Positions 12,504-26,623 of a stretch of DNA of 64,000 nt are shown here, in pieces. Position numbers and translations under genes: made by a program. Numbering within the stretch: position 1 is the first letter of the stretch; each line of letters opens with the position of its first letter. This DNA is from Hamiltosporidium tvaerminnensis FI-OER-3-3 (taxonomy: Eukaryota > Fungi > Microsporidia), in the NCBI GenBank assembly GCA_022605425.2, contig CM061249.1:496001-560000 (forward strand), in the 5' to 3' direction. The notes below the pieces were generated by a model that ran no database searches, had not been told where the DNA came from, and saw only the letters and a program-made list of their open reading frames with translations.

Positions 12504-15500
12504 TTTATTTAATAAAATTCTGGGTTAAAATATTTTTACCATTTTTTATATGTTTTCTTCTACCTCTTTAACCACTTTTGTCTCTTCTTCCAAATCCGAC
12601 TCTTTATTTACGTTATTGGTCGGTTCCTCTAAAGTAGTTCCTCCTTGTGAAATAAGGGATGCTTTATTTTTTGTTTTAAAATTTTTTGCACCATCTTCCT
12701 CTCTTTTCGCTTCTTTTAAAGGGGGTGTTGGTTCCTCATGCATCTCTGCTCTCATAATAACACACATTGACGCTCTTTCCAACTCTCTTCGGCATTAGTC
12801 CTGACTCAAGTCCTCTTCGTCGATCAAGGGAAATTGTTTCGACTGTCTTCTTAAGTACTATAGACTGAATGTATGCTTCTACATTCATGGGTATTTCTAG
12901 TCTTTTAAGATGAGATTTATAGTATTTTGTCACAATACCGTCCCAGGTCATCACATAAGGGATTATCTCAACACTAAACCTATAAATAAGACCCAACTCA
13001 TTGGCTAGCAGGTCATACTTCCTAAGTTTTTCAGTTTCACCATTTGAAGTGAATCTTGGGAAGTGATTCCTACTTCAATGAGTGTTATCTTATTCTTCTT
13101 CTTATCTAAAATAAATATGTCGGGTCTGTTATTCCGAATTTTAACATCAGTTTTAATTCTGGTGTCCACTCTTATCTCTGCATACTCATTATCAAGAATT
13201 TCTTGAACTGAGTGACTCCTAATTCGTTTTGAAAACTTAAACTTATATCTATTTAAGAGAAGTAAGTGTAGGCATCTAACCACTTCATTATGTCGTCTGG
13301 TGTAGTCATGGCCTAGCATTTTTTCGCATCGAGTGGCTAGATGATCTACAGTCTTACCAGATTTATTGCAATGTTGACACACACCATCTGCACCCCAGAA
13401 TACATTTCTATCCTGGATATAGCAGAACACAGCTTCATTTCGTGGCCGAATATTTCCTCTCTTTAGCCATCTTGAAAAGTCACTAACACTTACAAGCTCA
13501 TTTTTCCTTGCATTATATAACTTTGAATGGAGTTTTCGTTTTTCTATTTCGTTATATAGTTTTGCAAGTTGAGCTTCTTCTACCAACCTGTACTTTACTT
13601 TTAAGAAGCCTTTTATTAGTGCAAGGTGGGTTTTATTATTATTCTCAATCTTGAGGATTGCTGCTCGTCTAGTTGATGTTTCTTTACTTTTTTCCAGACA
13701 ATCCAAGAGTTGCAGAAGCATATGTTCGCTTCGCAACTCAACACTATGTAGACCTCTTCCAAGTTCTGTTCTAGGAAGGTATAAACGCTCTTTACATCCT
13801 GGGCGGAGATGTATCTTATTCTTTACCAACACCGCATGACCTGCATCATCTATCTTAGAGAAGTCAGCCGGTTCAAGTCGAAGTACTCCTATGTGGTAGT
13901 TGATTTACGATATCGCATGTTGATTGATTGCAGAAAATAAATTTTTTGCATTTAATCTAGTGTGAAAAAGTCTTTAAACTCTTGATATAAGTTTACTCTG
14001 TACTTCTTCAAATGAGCTACGTGTTGGGATTTCTCTGCTATCTTCTATTATTCCTAAATATTTGTAAACACTAACACCTTCTAGAAGAGTAGCAGTATCT
14101 TCACAACGTGTATCATTTGTGGCTGACTTCTCTTTGTTAATCTCTAAGCCAATCACCTCTAAAAATACCTTAGCCTCGTCTGTCATAGCACTCAATGTCG
14201 AACTGTCTTTAGCAAGGAGCTTTAGATCATCAATAAACAAGAATGATTAGTAGAATGAGATTCTGCATCTGTTTGTACTGTCACTTTTGTGTATTTTTCA
14301 TTAAGTTTTCGGCTTAATGGATCCATACACAACACAAATAACAAAGGTGACAGACTATCTCCTTGTAGAATCCCTCTATCAATCTTCTTGCTCATGATTT
14401 TTTAAGGCCCTACTGAAATATTGATTTTCCATTTTGATATAATTACCTTAATAAATTTCAGGATCTAATCAGGTAAATTAAGGTTTTCAATGCATTGAGT
14501 TAAATAAGCATGATCTTTTAAATCATAAGCCTTTTTAAAATCATCCATGTTGCCTTAAGATTATTTCCATACTCTTTATTTAGGGCAATATATAGTAAAG
14601 CCTGCTCTTTCGCTCCCTGCACACCTCTTACCGCCCCTAATTGGTTCTCTGCAAGCAACCTTCGCCTTTCCACTTCAATTTGAGCGACTTTCGTTACACA
14701 CTTTGTCGTTAACTTATAGAGGTTGGACATACAAGTGATTGGCCTGTAGTCAGAGCCTCTTCGTGGAATTCCTTTCGGTATCAAATACGTAAGCCCGCAG
14801 TAAAACCAATCAGCTTGAGGTGTTCCTTCTAAACATATAACTATCACAATATCATAAATATATTTGTGTAGAGTTGTAAGTTTCTTAATGAAAAAATTGT
14901 AAATACCATCAATTCCAGCAGCTTTCCAATTGGGAAACCAATTAATGATACTTACAAATTCATCAAGTGAAGGAAACGTGGTCGGATGATTATCTGATAC
15001 AAATGGAATCAAATAATCATCATACGTGACTGTGTCATCATTTTTGTTCCACATTGTAGACCAAAAACTCACAATTTCATCACAGCTAACCACATGCTCG
15101 GATTCCACACGCTGAGATAACCCACGATAAAATCGACCTCGGAAAAGCTCAAACATACGATTCTCTTTTCGGAATTGCTTCCTACTTTCATGCATCGTAA
15201 TTTTTTTCTCGTAAACATTCAAAGACTCATTCTTCTTAACTAAAGCCTCAGAAAGATCAGTTACACTGCTTAAGTTTAAATTAAACTCTCGCATGATTTT
15301 CTTAAGGCTCTTCGTTTAAGAGGTGGAGAGCTTTTCCTGCTTACGAGCCTTCTCGAGAAAATCTTTGGAAAGTACTAACTTAGAAATTTTACTTTCTATG
15401 TTTTCCTTCCAAGCGGATCTAGGCTTTTCTTTGCGTGTTGCCTCGTTATAGCATACCTGGGCTGCCTGGATTATCCGTGCCACTGCAGTTATCGTCATCG

Positions 15501-16263
15501 GCACACAAGATTCAGCATACTCACCGATAATTCGATTAATAAGGTCCAAAACTTTACTGTCAACCAATTCACTTGGAAGCTTTCGAGTTCGGACCACCAC
15601 TTTTCCAATTTCCTTCTCCGTGATTTCTTTGATTTTACTCAAGAATTTATCTCTCAGGTTTATGTACTCCGTGGTGTCAGTCAGGGTGCATGGCTCAGTG
15701 AGGCAAATGGCGATTCTACGTCGCTCTCTATTCTCTTCTTGCCTTATTTCCCTTTCTGCCTTATTTTGTGCGAGTTATTTAAACGCATCGATATCTATTG
15801 TGCAGCTAAATTTCTCATTATAGTACCTCAGAGTAACGGGCCAGCCATTTCTGGGCATTCTCTCAAACCTCTTTTGCACTGCTAGAATAGCAGATCTAGG
15901 CCATTCCTGCCCTACGACTGTGACAGAGTCAAGTATTGAGTGCAATACCACCAGTCGATTCCCTTCTAGAATGGCATGTGTATTGAGGTTTGTCATGCCG
16001 TTGGCTGGTCCAAACGCAGTGGCATCGGTACCAGAAGACGAGGGTATGGTGTCAACCAAGCAGACTAGACTATTCTGGCAACTACTGCTTGGTGGTTGGT
16101 GGGTGGTGTTATGGAAGGTCGGTGGAGGTGGAAGTCTCTCGGATAACATTGCTACATCTACATCACACATCAAAATCTCTACTGCGGTGTTCTCCAGGTT
16201 GTTTACAGCCTTTATTTTTTCATTTCTTATATTTCCGCTGTCTACTTTTTTCCTTCTACCCAT
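12504..16263 (-). mobile_element. Non-LTR retrotransposon copy B, full length (~3.76 kb), inactivated
   Basis: One ancestral ORF: RT, CCHC knuckle (CQHC..TVDHLATRC), RHN, PD..D..IEV restriction-like endonuclease and KYDL. Short 3' UTR ending AACCCAGAATTTTATTAAATAAA. Confidence 0.95.
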
Positions 16264-16386
16264 TTTTACTAAAAAAATAAATATATTTTGATATGTAATT
16301 ATAAACCAAAAGCTGTTTTCTACTAAGCCTTATTCGTTTTATAAATCTCATTATAAATAATATTTTCTAGACCAAAAATTTCTTAT

Positions 16387-16540
16387 TTAGATATTAGATA
16401 TTAGATATTAGATATTAGATATTAGATATTAGATATTAGATATTAGATATTAGATATTAGATATTAGATATTAGATATTAGATATTAGATATTAGATATT
16501 AGATATTAGATATTAGATATTAGATATTAGATATTAGATA
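16387..16540 (+). repeat. (TTAGATA)22 perfect microsatellite
   Basis: Direct count: 154 bp; 4 units longer than the copy at 2312. Confidence 0.97.
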
Positions 16541-16630
16541 TACTATTTCAAAGAAACAATTGCCAAATATTAAAAATGTAAAAATGATGTAAACCTAAAA
16601 ATTATCGTATGAATCAAGCAATTTAATATT

Positions 16631-19532
16631 TTATAGATGATTATTATACTTTTTACTCTTTAAAACTAACATATAAATCCTTTTTTCTTCTTCAAACAGT
16701 ACATGGATATATTTAAAAGTATTTATAATTTCATATTCGTAAAAAACGTTAGAATATTTTTCAAAAATATGCTTATAAATTAAAATATAGTCATATCCTT
16801 CAAAAGAGTTATTAATAGATTTGTCTATAAAGGCATTATCAGTATCATCTCTATTGTTATTATTTCTCATTTCTTTTTCGACTTTTTCATCTACAATTTT
16901 GTCATTATCTATTTTATTATTTTTATCCTTTTTGCTTTCCAATTGCGTTTTATAACTTTCACTTGTGGCTTCCAATAAATCCATATACATTTCATATTCA
17001 TAGAAAATAACTTTTTGCCCATCAAATCTTTTACAGACAACTAAATCTTTCATTTTAACTGTTATGTCAGGATTTCTAGAAACGCTTTTTATATTTACAT
17101 TTTCATAGCAAATAAAAGAATATACTGGTAAAGAATATGGACAGACAAAATAAAGTATTTCAATATTTTTTGTATTTTGGACCACAGATATATCTTTACC
17201 CAATACATTTTGGAAATCAACAGATATTTCGATTTTATTTCTTTCCGAATTCTTTATATTTTTATTCTTGTAGAAATCCAAATCTGTATTTGCTGCAAAA
17301 AAACTTTCTGTCAGTATTTTTTCGACTTCTGTTTTCATAAAAAAACTAATATCAAAAGTATTTTGATGTACCAATCCGATATAAAGTCCTATAAAAAATG
17401 TTATATAAAGATCAACATATAAAACACCGGAGTATAACTTTTTACGTATATAATTTATACCACCCGTATTTCTGTAAGACATTTTATTAATACTTATAGC
17501 ACATAAAAGATTACAAAAAGGTATAACAGGGACAATAAACCGCATTTCTTTATGCTTTAATGCAGAATAAAATATTAAATAAATTAAAACAGATATAGCA
17601 ATATTTTGATTGGCGTTAAAATTCAAAAATAAAAATGTACCAGTAAAACCTGTTAAAACAATGAAAAACCATACGTAACTTAGTACGTGTTGTTCGCCAA
17701 ACACTTCACTTACTGACCACCTTACATTTACATTAAAAAATACAAAAGGAACAAATGTTAATTCCTTATAAAAATAACTGTCCACCAAAGCCATCAATAG
17801 TACTAATAAAAGACAACAAGGTATATTCTTTATAAATACCATGATAATACTTAATACTCTTCTACCATATCTATTATATAAATCAAGATCTTCAGCATCT
17901 TCAAAATCATTAATCTTAGAATTTATAACAGAAACCTCTGTGTCTATTTGTCCTTTGATTTTAGATTGGCCATGTGTATCATCAGATTTGTAAATATCTT
18001 TATTTTTTGTATCTTTGATAGATTCTTTCGTTTTATAATCATTGCTTTTGTCTTCTGGCTTATAACATTCCTTTGCATCATTGTAAGAGATATTTTCTTC
18101 GTAATGATTATATTTATTATCTTGTTTATAATTTACTTGATTATCTGCAAGTTTGAGTTGTTCGTTATCTTTCTCAGAATAGAAACATTCTTTGTAATTA
18201 TTAAAATCAGTATTTTTTTCATTTGCAGATTTTTTTAAATTTTCATCGATTTTGGAATCTGTTTTACTACAAAAAATATTTCTTATTTTAAAAAACGCTT
18301 CAACGAATTTATTCTTAATCATACGTATTATATAAAGACAAATACAACATACCTTCACAAGCTTCAAATAATTAACTATGCTATGCAATTTAGAGCAAGT
18401 TACTGGATTTACATTTTCTGTTCTATCTTTTGACTGGTTGCAATCATTATTATTTGTTTCATTACATTCTAATTTTTCCAGTTGTAAATTATTAGATTCA
18501 GGAAGATTCTTTTTATTCTTTCTCATTTTATCATCTTCGATTGATGAATAATTTTTTTGGAAAACAGCAAAAAAAATATGAACACCACTCAAAAATAAAA
18601 TACTTGAACGTAAATAGAAAATAAAACACAAACACAAAAAGGAATTGTAGGTGTTTTAAATGTTTCTAGAGCATATAAACACAATACAGCCATAAAAAGT
18701 TCAAAAGAGTTTATATGAGATCGAGGGGAATATAACCACAATCCATGTGAAAGCGCAGTAACATAGATAAGTGTATCCTCGTCTGCTTTATAAATAGTTC
18801 CGAGTTTTATTATAAGATAATCTGCCAACCCCGCGATTATTCCATTTACTATTTTAGAAACCAAATATCCATATTTACCATACAAAGGTAAGATTGAATA
18901 CTTGACTACCATTTCATCAAAAAACTGATATTTCGACTCCAATATTACCAAAACAACCAAATATAAATTATTTAGTATATTTAGATGGCTTAAAAATCCT
19001 ATAATCTGTCTTAAACCAAATCTTTCGAGATTATTATTTTGAAAATTTGTTTTCCTTATTTTTAAAACCTCTTTTTTCCCCATACATTTTAAAGCAACAT
19101 CATCTTTAGGACAATTAATAATTTGATTTCTATTTTTGGTCTTTTCGTTAATAAGAAACCTACCAGAATCAGTTAATTTAAAAATACATAACACCACAGT
19201 AAAACAACATAAAAGACAAAGAAATATAAAATTCAAAAACAAAAAAATATTAAAATTATTCCGTATATAAACCAGACAAAAAAATCTAAAAACATCGCTA
19301 AATATCTTAAAAAAGTAAAGTGGTATAAAATATAAAAGAACATAATTAACCGATCTTATACCAATCATCCAATCCCATGTAAGTGTTCCTTTAGTATAAA
19401 AAATATAATTTATAGGTTCAAGATTCTGCCATATTTCATCCGGTTCAAATACTGTTTTGAGAAGAAATGAATTGTTAAGTCTGTAAAGAATAAAAAATAG
19501 AAGAAGATTGTTCTTATGGTTTTCAAAATCAT
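16631..19532 (-). CDS. GPI10: GPI mannosyltransferase 3 (PIG-B/Gpi10), copy 2; apparent -1 homopolymer frameshifts at ~19495 and ~18638
   Basis: ORFs 18589-19554 and 16631-18637 carry the GT22 motifs. Long K/N/D-rich insertions are present. Confidence 0.88.
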
Positions 19533-21205
19533 AAAAGGGTAAAAGTAAACGCAATTAAAGTTTATTTTAATCATTTTATAAAAAGATAAATTAAAATATA
19601 TTTATAAAAATTAATTTTTTATTTTTGTGAGTATTTTATTTATAATATTTGTTTAAAATCATTTCTTTTAAATTTCATTTCATTTTCGCACTTCAAACTT
19701 CTCATATTTCTGCTCAGTGGATTTCAATTTCATTTTTTACTTTAAAATTATTTATTATTTTAAACGAGTTGCAAGTAATTTTCTTTCACTTTCTACTCTA
19801 AATCTTCTTAAAAAACAGGATTAAATCAAGTTATAGAGTTGAAAAAAAAAGAATCAAATAGCCAATAAAATTTTACCCAAATATATTTGTCAATGTTTTA
19901 TTTAAAATATTAAATTTATCTTGAGAAACTACGTAATTATGAAATCATTGAATGAAATTATAAAAAAAAATGTTTTACAAATAAATATTTTTTGCAAAGA
20001 AGATTTCACAAGACAGAAACTCATGATCAAAATTTTAATTTGGTATATTATGCCCTCCTTTTTTTACTCTTGATTCGATGCATTATATAATTATTTAAAT
20101 CTTTAATACTCTTTTTCGTTTCTTTCTGTATTTTTAATTATTTTTACCTACGAAATAAACAGTAAATATAACTCAGAAATAATAAACACCAATAAATATA
20201 AAAGAATAATTGAAGATTTTCTTGTATCTTTAATTCATATTTCGAAGTAACTATATTACTGGTATAAATTAAATTTAATTGTAGTAAATCAGATTATGTA
20301 TATTTTATAAAAATATACGGAATATAAAATATATGAAGATTATATTTTCTAAAATTGATATGGAATGCAGGCTTTACCATATTTTGCTATAAAAATATAG
20401 ATTTATCACTTTTATTTACAAAAAAAATATTTACACACATTAAAACTACAACAATTTCAAATTATAAACTAGTATATATTACAGTAGAAAATAGAATTAC
20501 ATTCAATGGATACAAATTTTTAAATATTTAGAAAAAATCGTATAACAGACGATTGCACCTTAACCAATATTTAACTAAAATAGAGCTTTCAAAGTAAACT
20601 TAAAATATTTTTCAATTATTTTGTCGAGGCTTTTAGAATTAAAAATAATTTAATCAATTTTATATTGCATCTGTTAAAAATACATCCCAGAAAAAGTTAT
20701 CCGAATGCCTTTCATAACTTGATAGTCCTTATATATCCTACTTTGATATTAGAAAGTTCTTATTTTTTTCTAAATTAAATAAACTTTTAGCAAAAATGTT
20801 AAGAGTTTTGATTATTTTTAACAAAAAGAATATAATTATATAGAAAATTTTATAAAAAGTTTATTTGATTTAGAAGAAAATAAGAACTTTCTAATCAGAA
20901 TGAGGAAATAAATTCTAAAAAAAACATTATAAAGAGACATAAGAGTTGTTGAGATAAATTTTTATCTTTATGATTAAAAAATATTGTAAATAGATCCAAA
21001 TATAAAATGAAAATTAAAAACTGGCAGTAAAATAAATCACAAGTAGAAAGTAAAAACAATATAAGCTAATCATTTATTGAAAGAGAACCAAGTAAATATT
21101 AAATAAATAAATTTTATATGATGCTATTGGCCAGGCAGATTAAATTTTTTTAATTTTGAGCCATTTTTTTGATTTCTAATTTAACAGCATAATACAGAAT
21201 TTCAT

Positions 21206-21277
21206 GACCAGGCGGTGCAGAATGACGCTCTTCGATTCCAAATCGATATGTTGTAGGTTCGAATCCTGTCCTGGTCA
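21206..21277 (+). tRNA. tRNA-Trp(CCA), atypical; duplicate of 7099-7170
   Basis: Identical sequence to the first copy. Confidence 0.8.
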
Positions 21278-21605
21278 CTTTTTATGATTACCGTCAACTA
21301 TAAATTTTTCTAGTTACAATGTGAATATCTCCTTTTTTATTTTAGAATTTTTATACTTTATTTACATTATAACATAGATACTTCTAGCCAAATCTTTTAT
21401 TTAAAAATTGATTTGAAAATTTACTTTTTTAGATATAAATTTCACAAGGTTTGATTAAAAATAATTTTAAGATTTTTTATTCTACCCTACCCTTATAATT
21501 AATTACTTGCTTATTCCGTTCCTCTTTTACCTCTCAGTGTCGAGGATGAACAAATGAATGTTTTCCATCTGTTTCTTTTAATCATTGTAACACGGGATTA
21601 TAGGG

Positions 21606-21726
21606 GAATGGCCTATAGATTCGGTGTGGTTTATATCTCACAACAACGGCAGCAATAATTTTAATACGTATTTTAGACGTTCATTACTAAACAGGAAGTT
21701 TTTAATGTGGTTATCCTCCTTCCACA
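21606..21726 (-). mobile_element. 5' fragment of the SINE-like repeat (duplicate of 7500-7620)
   Basis: Same sequence as in unit 1. Confidence 0.75.
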
Positions 21727-22266
21727 TCTTATAATTTATTACTTGACGTAATAGAAAACACTTGGGTATGTCCACTCAACATATTTTGTACAGATTACAT
21801 CTTTTGATCTGAATTTAAGCGTAAAACGAAATGTATTCTCTTAGTTTAGAAATAATATCATAACGTTTTTAAATTATTTTGATTTAATATAAAAAGTGCG
21901 AACAGCAATAATTATTTTCATATATGAAATAATAATTAGATTTGAGTTTCAATTTACATTAAATTTTAAGTTATTTAAACTAAAAAAAAGATTTTTTTTA
22001 CTGAGATCAAAATTATAAAATTACACATAGTACTTAATATTGTAAATTTATTGATTTTTAATACAGTTGAATGGTTAAAGGAATAAATGTTTAAGAATAT
22101 AGTATTATTCACCAAATATATAATTTTTGAATTTGTTACTTTAAAAAATAGATATTTTGATATAATTAGTCTCTAAAATTATTAATTAAGTTTGATCTAC
22201 AAGACATGATTATTTTTTTAATAAATTTTATAATGAAATTTTTTGGTTAATAAACCTACTTTTCGA

Positions 22267-22805
22267 AAATAAATATAAATTTAAGTCTTTAAAACGAATT
22301 ATGAGTCAGATTCTCAAATATAATTTATAAAATGAGTATGCAGAAATAAGAGTGGACATAAGAATAAAAACTGATAGATAATATCAAGCAAGATAGACTT
22401 TATATATTTTTCCATAAAATTTTAGTTATATAACGCCCTATACAAGGGTTATCTAATAAGTTTATTTTTAAGATTTGTATCAAATTACAAATCTTATGAC
22501 TTATGACTTATGACTTATGACTTATGACTTATGACTTATGACTTATGACTTATGACTTATGACTTATGACTTATGACTTATGACTTATGACTTATGACTT
22601 ATGACTTATGACTTATGACTTATGACTTATGACTTATGACTTATGACTTATGACTTATGACTTATGACTTATGACTTATGACTTATGACTTATGACTTAT
22701 GACTTATGAAGAGAATTAAATATAATAAGTATTTTTTATAAGTGTAGCGTCGAGATAATTTCTTATTTGATTGCATTATGTAATATTTTAGCAATATATA
22801 TAATA
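22267..22805 (+). mobile_element. Eroded retrotransposon endonuclease relic (duplicate of 8160-8700)
   Basis: Same sequence as in unit 1. Confidence 0.8.
22493..22709 (+). repeat. (CTTATGA)31 perfect microsatellite
   Basis: Direct count: 217 bp. Confidence 0.97.
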
Positions 22806-23372
22806 TATATTTTATGACAAATTATCATCCAATTGTAGTACAAAAAAATTAATTACATATTATTTGAAGGATAAAGAAAATCAGTATTAAGACAATCAAA
22901 TAATACAATTAAAAATAGGAAATTATGGCTTAAGAAATCAATCGTAAAGAAAATATAAACTAATCATCTATAAAAAAGCATTTTTTTTCATAAAATATAA
23001 TTATAAATAGAAAGTCATGTCTCAAGAAAATATCAACGAAAAACTACAAACCAAGTCACACTTAAAACAACTATATCATCTTTACTACGTTTACAATGCA
23101 TATTTAAAAGATAATGTACCAACACGTATACCTGTGACTAAAAAAACCTATCAATAAACAGAACCTTCAAATAATTGCAATCCAATCAAATTTTAAAAAC
23201 CTTTGATAAAAAAAAATGCTTAAAATAGAACAAATCATATGAAATTGAAAAATCAAATCTCCTTTTTCTGATCAATTATTCATATTAAATATCCTCCTTT
23301 TCCTTTCAACAAACCACCCCTTTATTATCTTCTAATCCTATAAATTACATCCTTCCCTACATTACCCTCCTT

Positions 23373-24616
23373 ATGACTCTACATCGGTCAAATAACAGAG
23401 ACACATTTCATAAACTTACTAAAATTATCAAACAGCAATATAGCACTTTTACATCTCAAAACAAATATATTGTTTGTATTCAAGGATGTAGTGCATCGGG
23501 TAAATCTACACTTGCTTTAAATATTAAGAATACCCTTGAACAACACAATATATCTGTTTATGTTATACATCTTGACCAATATTATAAGAGTCTGAGTAAA
23601 TCTAACGAGGATATAAAGGGTGTTATGAATGAGGGTAGTAACTTAGAGGGTGTTAATATCAACACTAGTGAATTTAAGGGTGGTAACACATGTAGTGGTG
23701 ATTTAAAGGGGGATAATTATACTACTACTAATCATAAGGGTGTTAATATCAATATAAGTAATAATAAGGGTGTTAATATTAATACTACTAATCATAAGGG
23801 TGTTAATAATAGTACTAGTAATCATAAGGGTGTTAATACTAATACATACGATTTTGATAACCCTTCAGCTATTGACTGGTTAAACGTACATAAAACCCTT
23901 TAGTCTTAACACCAAATAACCCTTACATTCCAATATATAATTACTCATTTATAACAGAACAATCTACTGGTCCTACATATATTCCTAATACATATCCTAC
24001 TGTTATAGTAATAGAAGGTATTTACGCTTATCAAGTATTATCTCCTATTCATTTTAATACAGACTTGTTAAATCCTTATTGTAAGAATAACACTGTAACT
24101 TACATACCTAACAAGTATAAAACTCTTTATTCTTTTCACTCTTCAAATAATAAGAATGGGTTATTTACTAGGAATTTAAACTTTGAAAATTTATTAAAAT
24201 CCATGGGAATAAAGGGTGATAAAAATAGTAATGATAACATCCCTTTAAATAACAATGATGGTAATAACACCCCTTTAAACATACTACATACAAATAACAC
24301 CCCCCTTCATAAATTTTCAAATTTAAAAATATTAAATATTCGCCTTTCTATTTGTAAAAGTAAAGCCTTATCTATAAGAATAACTCGCGATACACTTTAT
24401 TATAATAAGCTTTATTCTTATTCTTTACACCAATTCAATACACAGGTATGGCCATCTACACTTAAATATATTAATAGTACAGTTTATACTGATAATATTA
24501 AAATTATACACGGTTCATTTAATAAGAGATGTGAATATCTTATTAAAGGATTGGTAGATTACTTTGATGATAATAAATCTAATAATAGTAGTAAGAATAG
24601 TAATAATATATTTTAA
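23373..24616 (+). CDS. Uridine/cytidine kinase, copy 2; one -1 frameshift at ~23900
   Basis: Same motifs as copy 1. The C-terminal ORF 24065-24616 is intact. Confidence 0.87.
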
Positions 24617-26623
24617 TTGCAATAAACAATTAGTAGTTAGTAAACACATATATAATCAAGAAAGTGTTACTGTTCTACCTTCTCATGATATGTACTGTAA
24701 GTCGCTTGTAAGTTGTACGGGAGAATGCATATTTGAAAGTAATAACGATATGACACTCTATGATGAGTAAAAAAATTTACGTTTTTTTTTTAGTTTTTTT
24801 AGTAAATTTTAAACATTATTTACGGTAAAATTTGAAAATTTTATTCATTATTAATAATATTTTGTTTCTGTTTATTTTCAGAAGTTTGTAAATTTGGTGT
24901 TTTTAAATATTAAAATATATTATTTGGAAGTTAATGAGTGTTTAAAATCAAAATGTAATTTTTAAAAATTATTTAGAAACGATAAATTCAATATATTTCT
25001 ATCGTTTTTTCGGTTCTAAGAGAAACCCTGATTTAAATACTTTTTTTGTTTCTGTTTTATCTATAAGAAGATCTCCAAAATCTTATTGGTGTGATATATA
25101 CTAGAATAGAAGAAAAAATATTGTATTGTCTCAAATGATTACATGAATAATGAAATTAGGGAGAAATATTTTAAATTCATAATTACTTTTCTTTTTTTCA
25201 CTATCAAATCAAAAAAATATTTTTTAATCTCTCTATATAGAGTAAAGTTCGGAAATTTTCTATTATGTTTCTTGATCTTATAAACTTTGTATTGCACTTT
25301 TTCAAGAAATATTTTAATAATAAATATTTTAAATTTTCGTAAAAGACGGCAAAAAATAAAGGTTCTGAAAACAATCCCTCAACTGCTATACAATATCTTT
25401 AGATATTTTAAAAGTAAACAATACTGCTATATTTCATGGAAAATATATAGTAGGTGAATTTACATTGGTTAAAAACTTACCTTTAAATATTAAATTCAAG
25501 TATAATAACATGCATTTCATTAGACTTAGATAAAATTATAAAAATTTGCCTGATTCGTCTTTTTTATTGCTTAATTTCAGAAGTTTTAAAATACTTTGAA
25601 ATCCAAATAAAGATTTTTCTCATGATGGTGTTACCGGCCTATAAAAAAAATATAATTTGTGTGAAAACCAACAATAATATTAGACTTAGGCAAAAATATT
25701 TTCACATTAAACATTTTGAATGTATTTTGAAAATATTATAGCTAAATTCTATTCCTCGAGCATACTTAAAACAACATTAACTCATATTTTATTTACTATA
25801 TATTATAACGAATTAGATTTAAAGTAATATATAGAGAATATAAGCGTATTTCATTAACTCTAAAAATTTATTGCAGGTTTATTTTAATAGTTTTATTTTT
25901 AAAAATGTCATATTTCCGCTTCTTTTTTCTACCAATTAATCTACACTGAATTTTCAGCTTTCAATGCTTCATTAATAGATAAGTTTTTATTTAAATATGA
26001 TATTGTTCCTGTATATTTATTGTGTAAAAAAATCTAATCGAAGTTTACTAACTATTTGTGCTTAGCGTAGATGACCTTTAGATTTAGAATACTTGGTGAG
26101 AATTAAAAAAAATATTTAAAATAACCCTTGTTTCTTTGTCAATGCCTTTTTTATGCTTACTCCGCAATACTTGCCTTGCTTTTTGTATATTAATGTTGTA
26201 CTTTTTTCTAAACATATGACTTTTACAATATCATAAATATTTTTTTAATAAAGATAGAAGCTTATAAATATTGAATTATTTATTGGTTCGTTGGATAAAC
26301 GTATATATTATATAAGAGCAAATATTTACTTCAGATTTTTTTTAGTTTTGAAGAATTGAAAAGACCAATCTTCTTTTCAAATTTCAAAAAATAATCAATT
26401 TTGCTTGTAAATAAATGTAAGTGCCGTAATTTTCGGGAAGGCAGCTAAGTTTGAAGTATGTCTCTAACAAGGAGATCGTATTCCTGCTCACCATTCCTCT
26501 GTTGTTGTAAAGTAAAGAATTGTTTTTAGAAAAATTGTCTTTATTAATTTTGTTAATGATGGCACACCCCTCCTTTTTTTATTTTAAAATATAAAATAAA
26601 AATATTATATTTTGTGATATAAA

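Noticed and set aside
16264-16300. Eroded TSD for LINE copy B (tacatatcaaaa vs tttatatcacaa)
   Set aside because: Only 9 of 12 match in extremely AT-rich DNA, and it is offset from the shared boundary.
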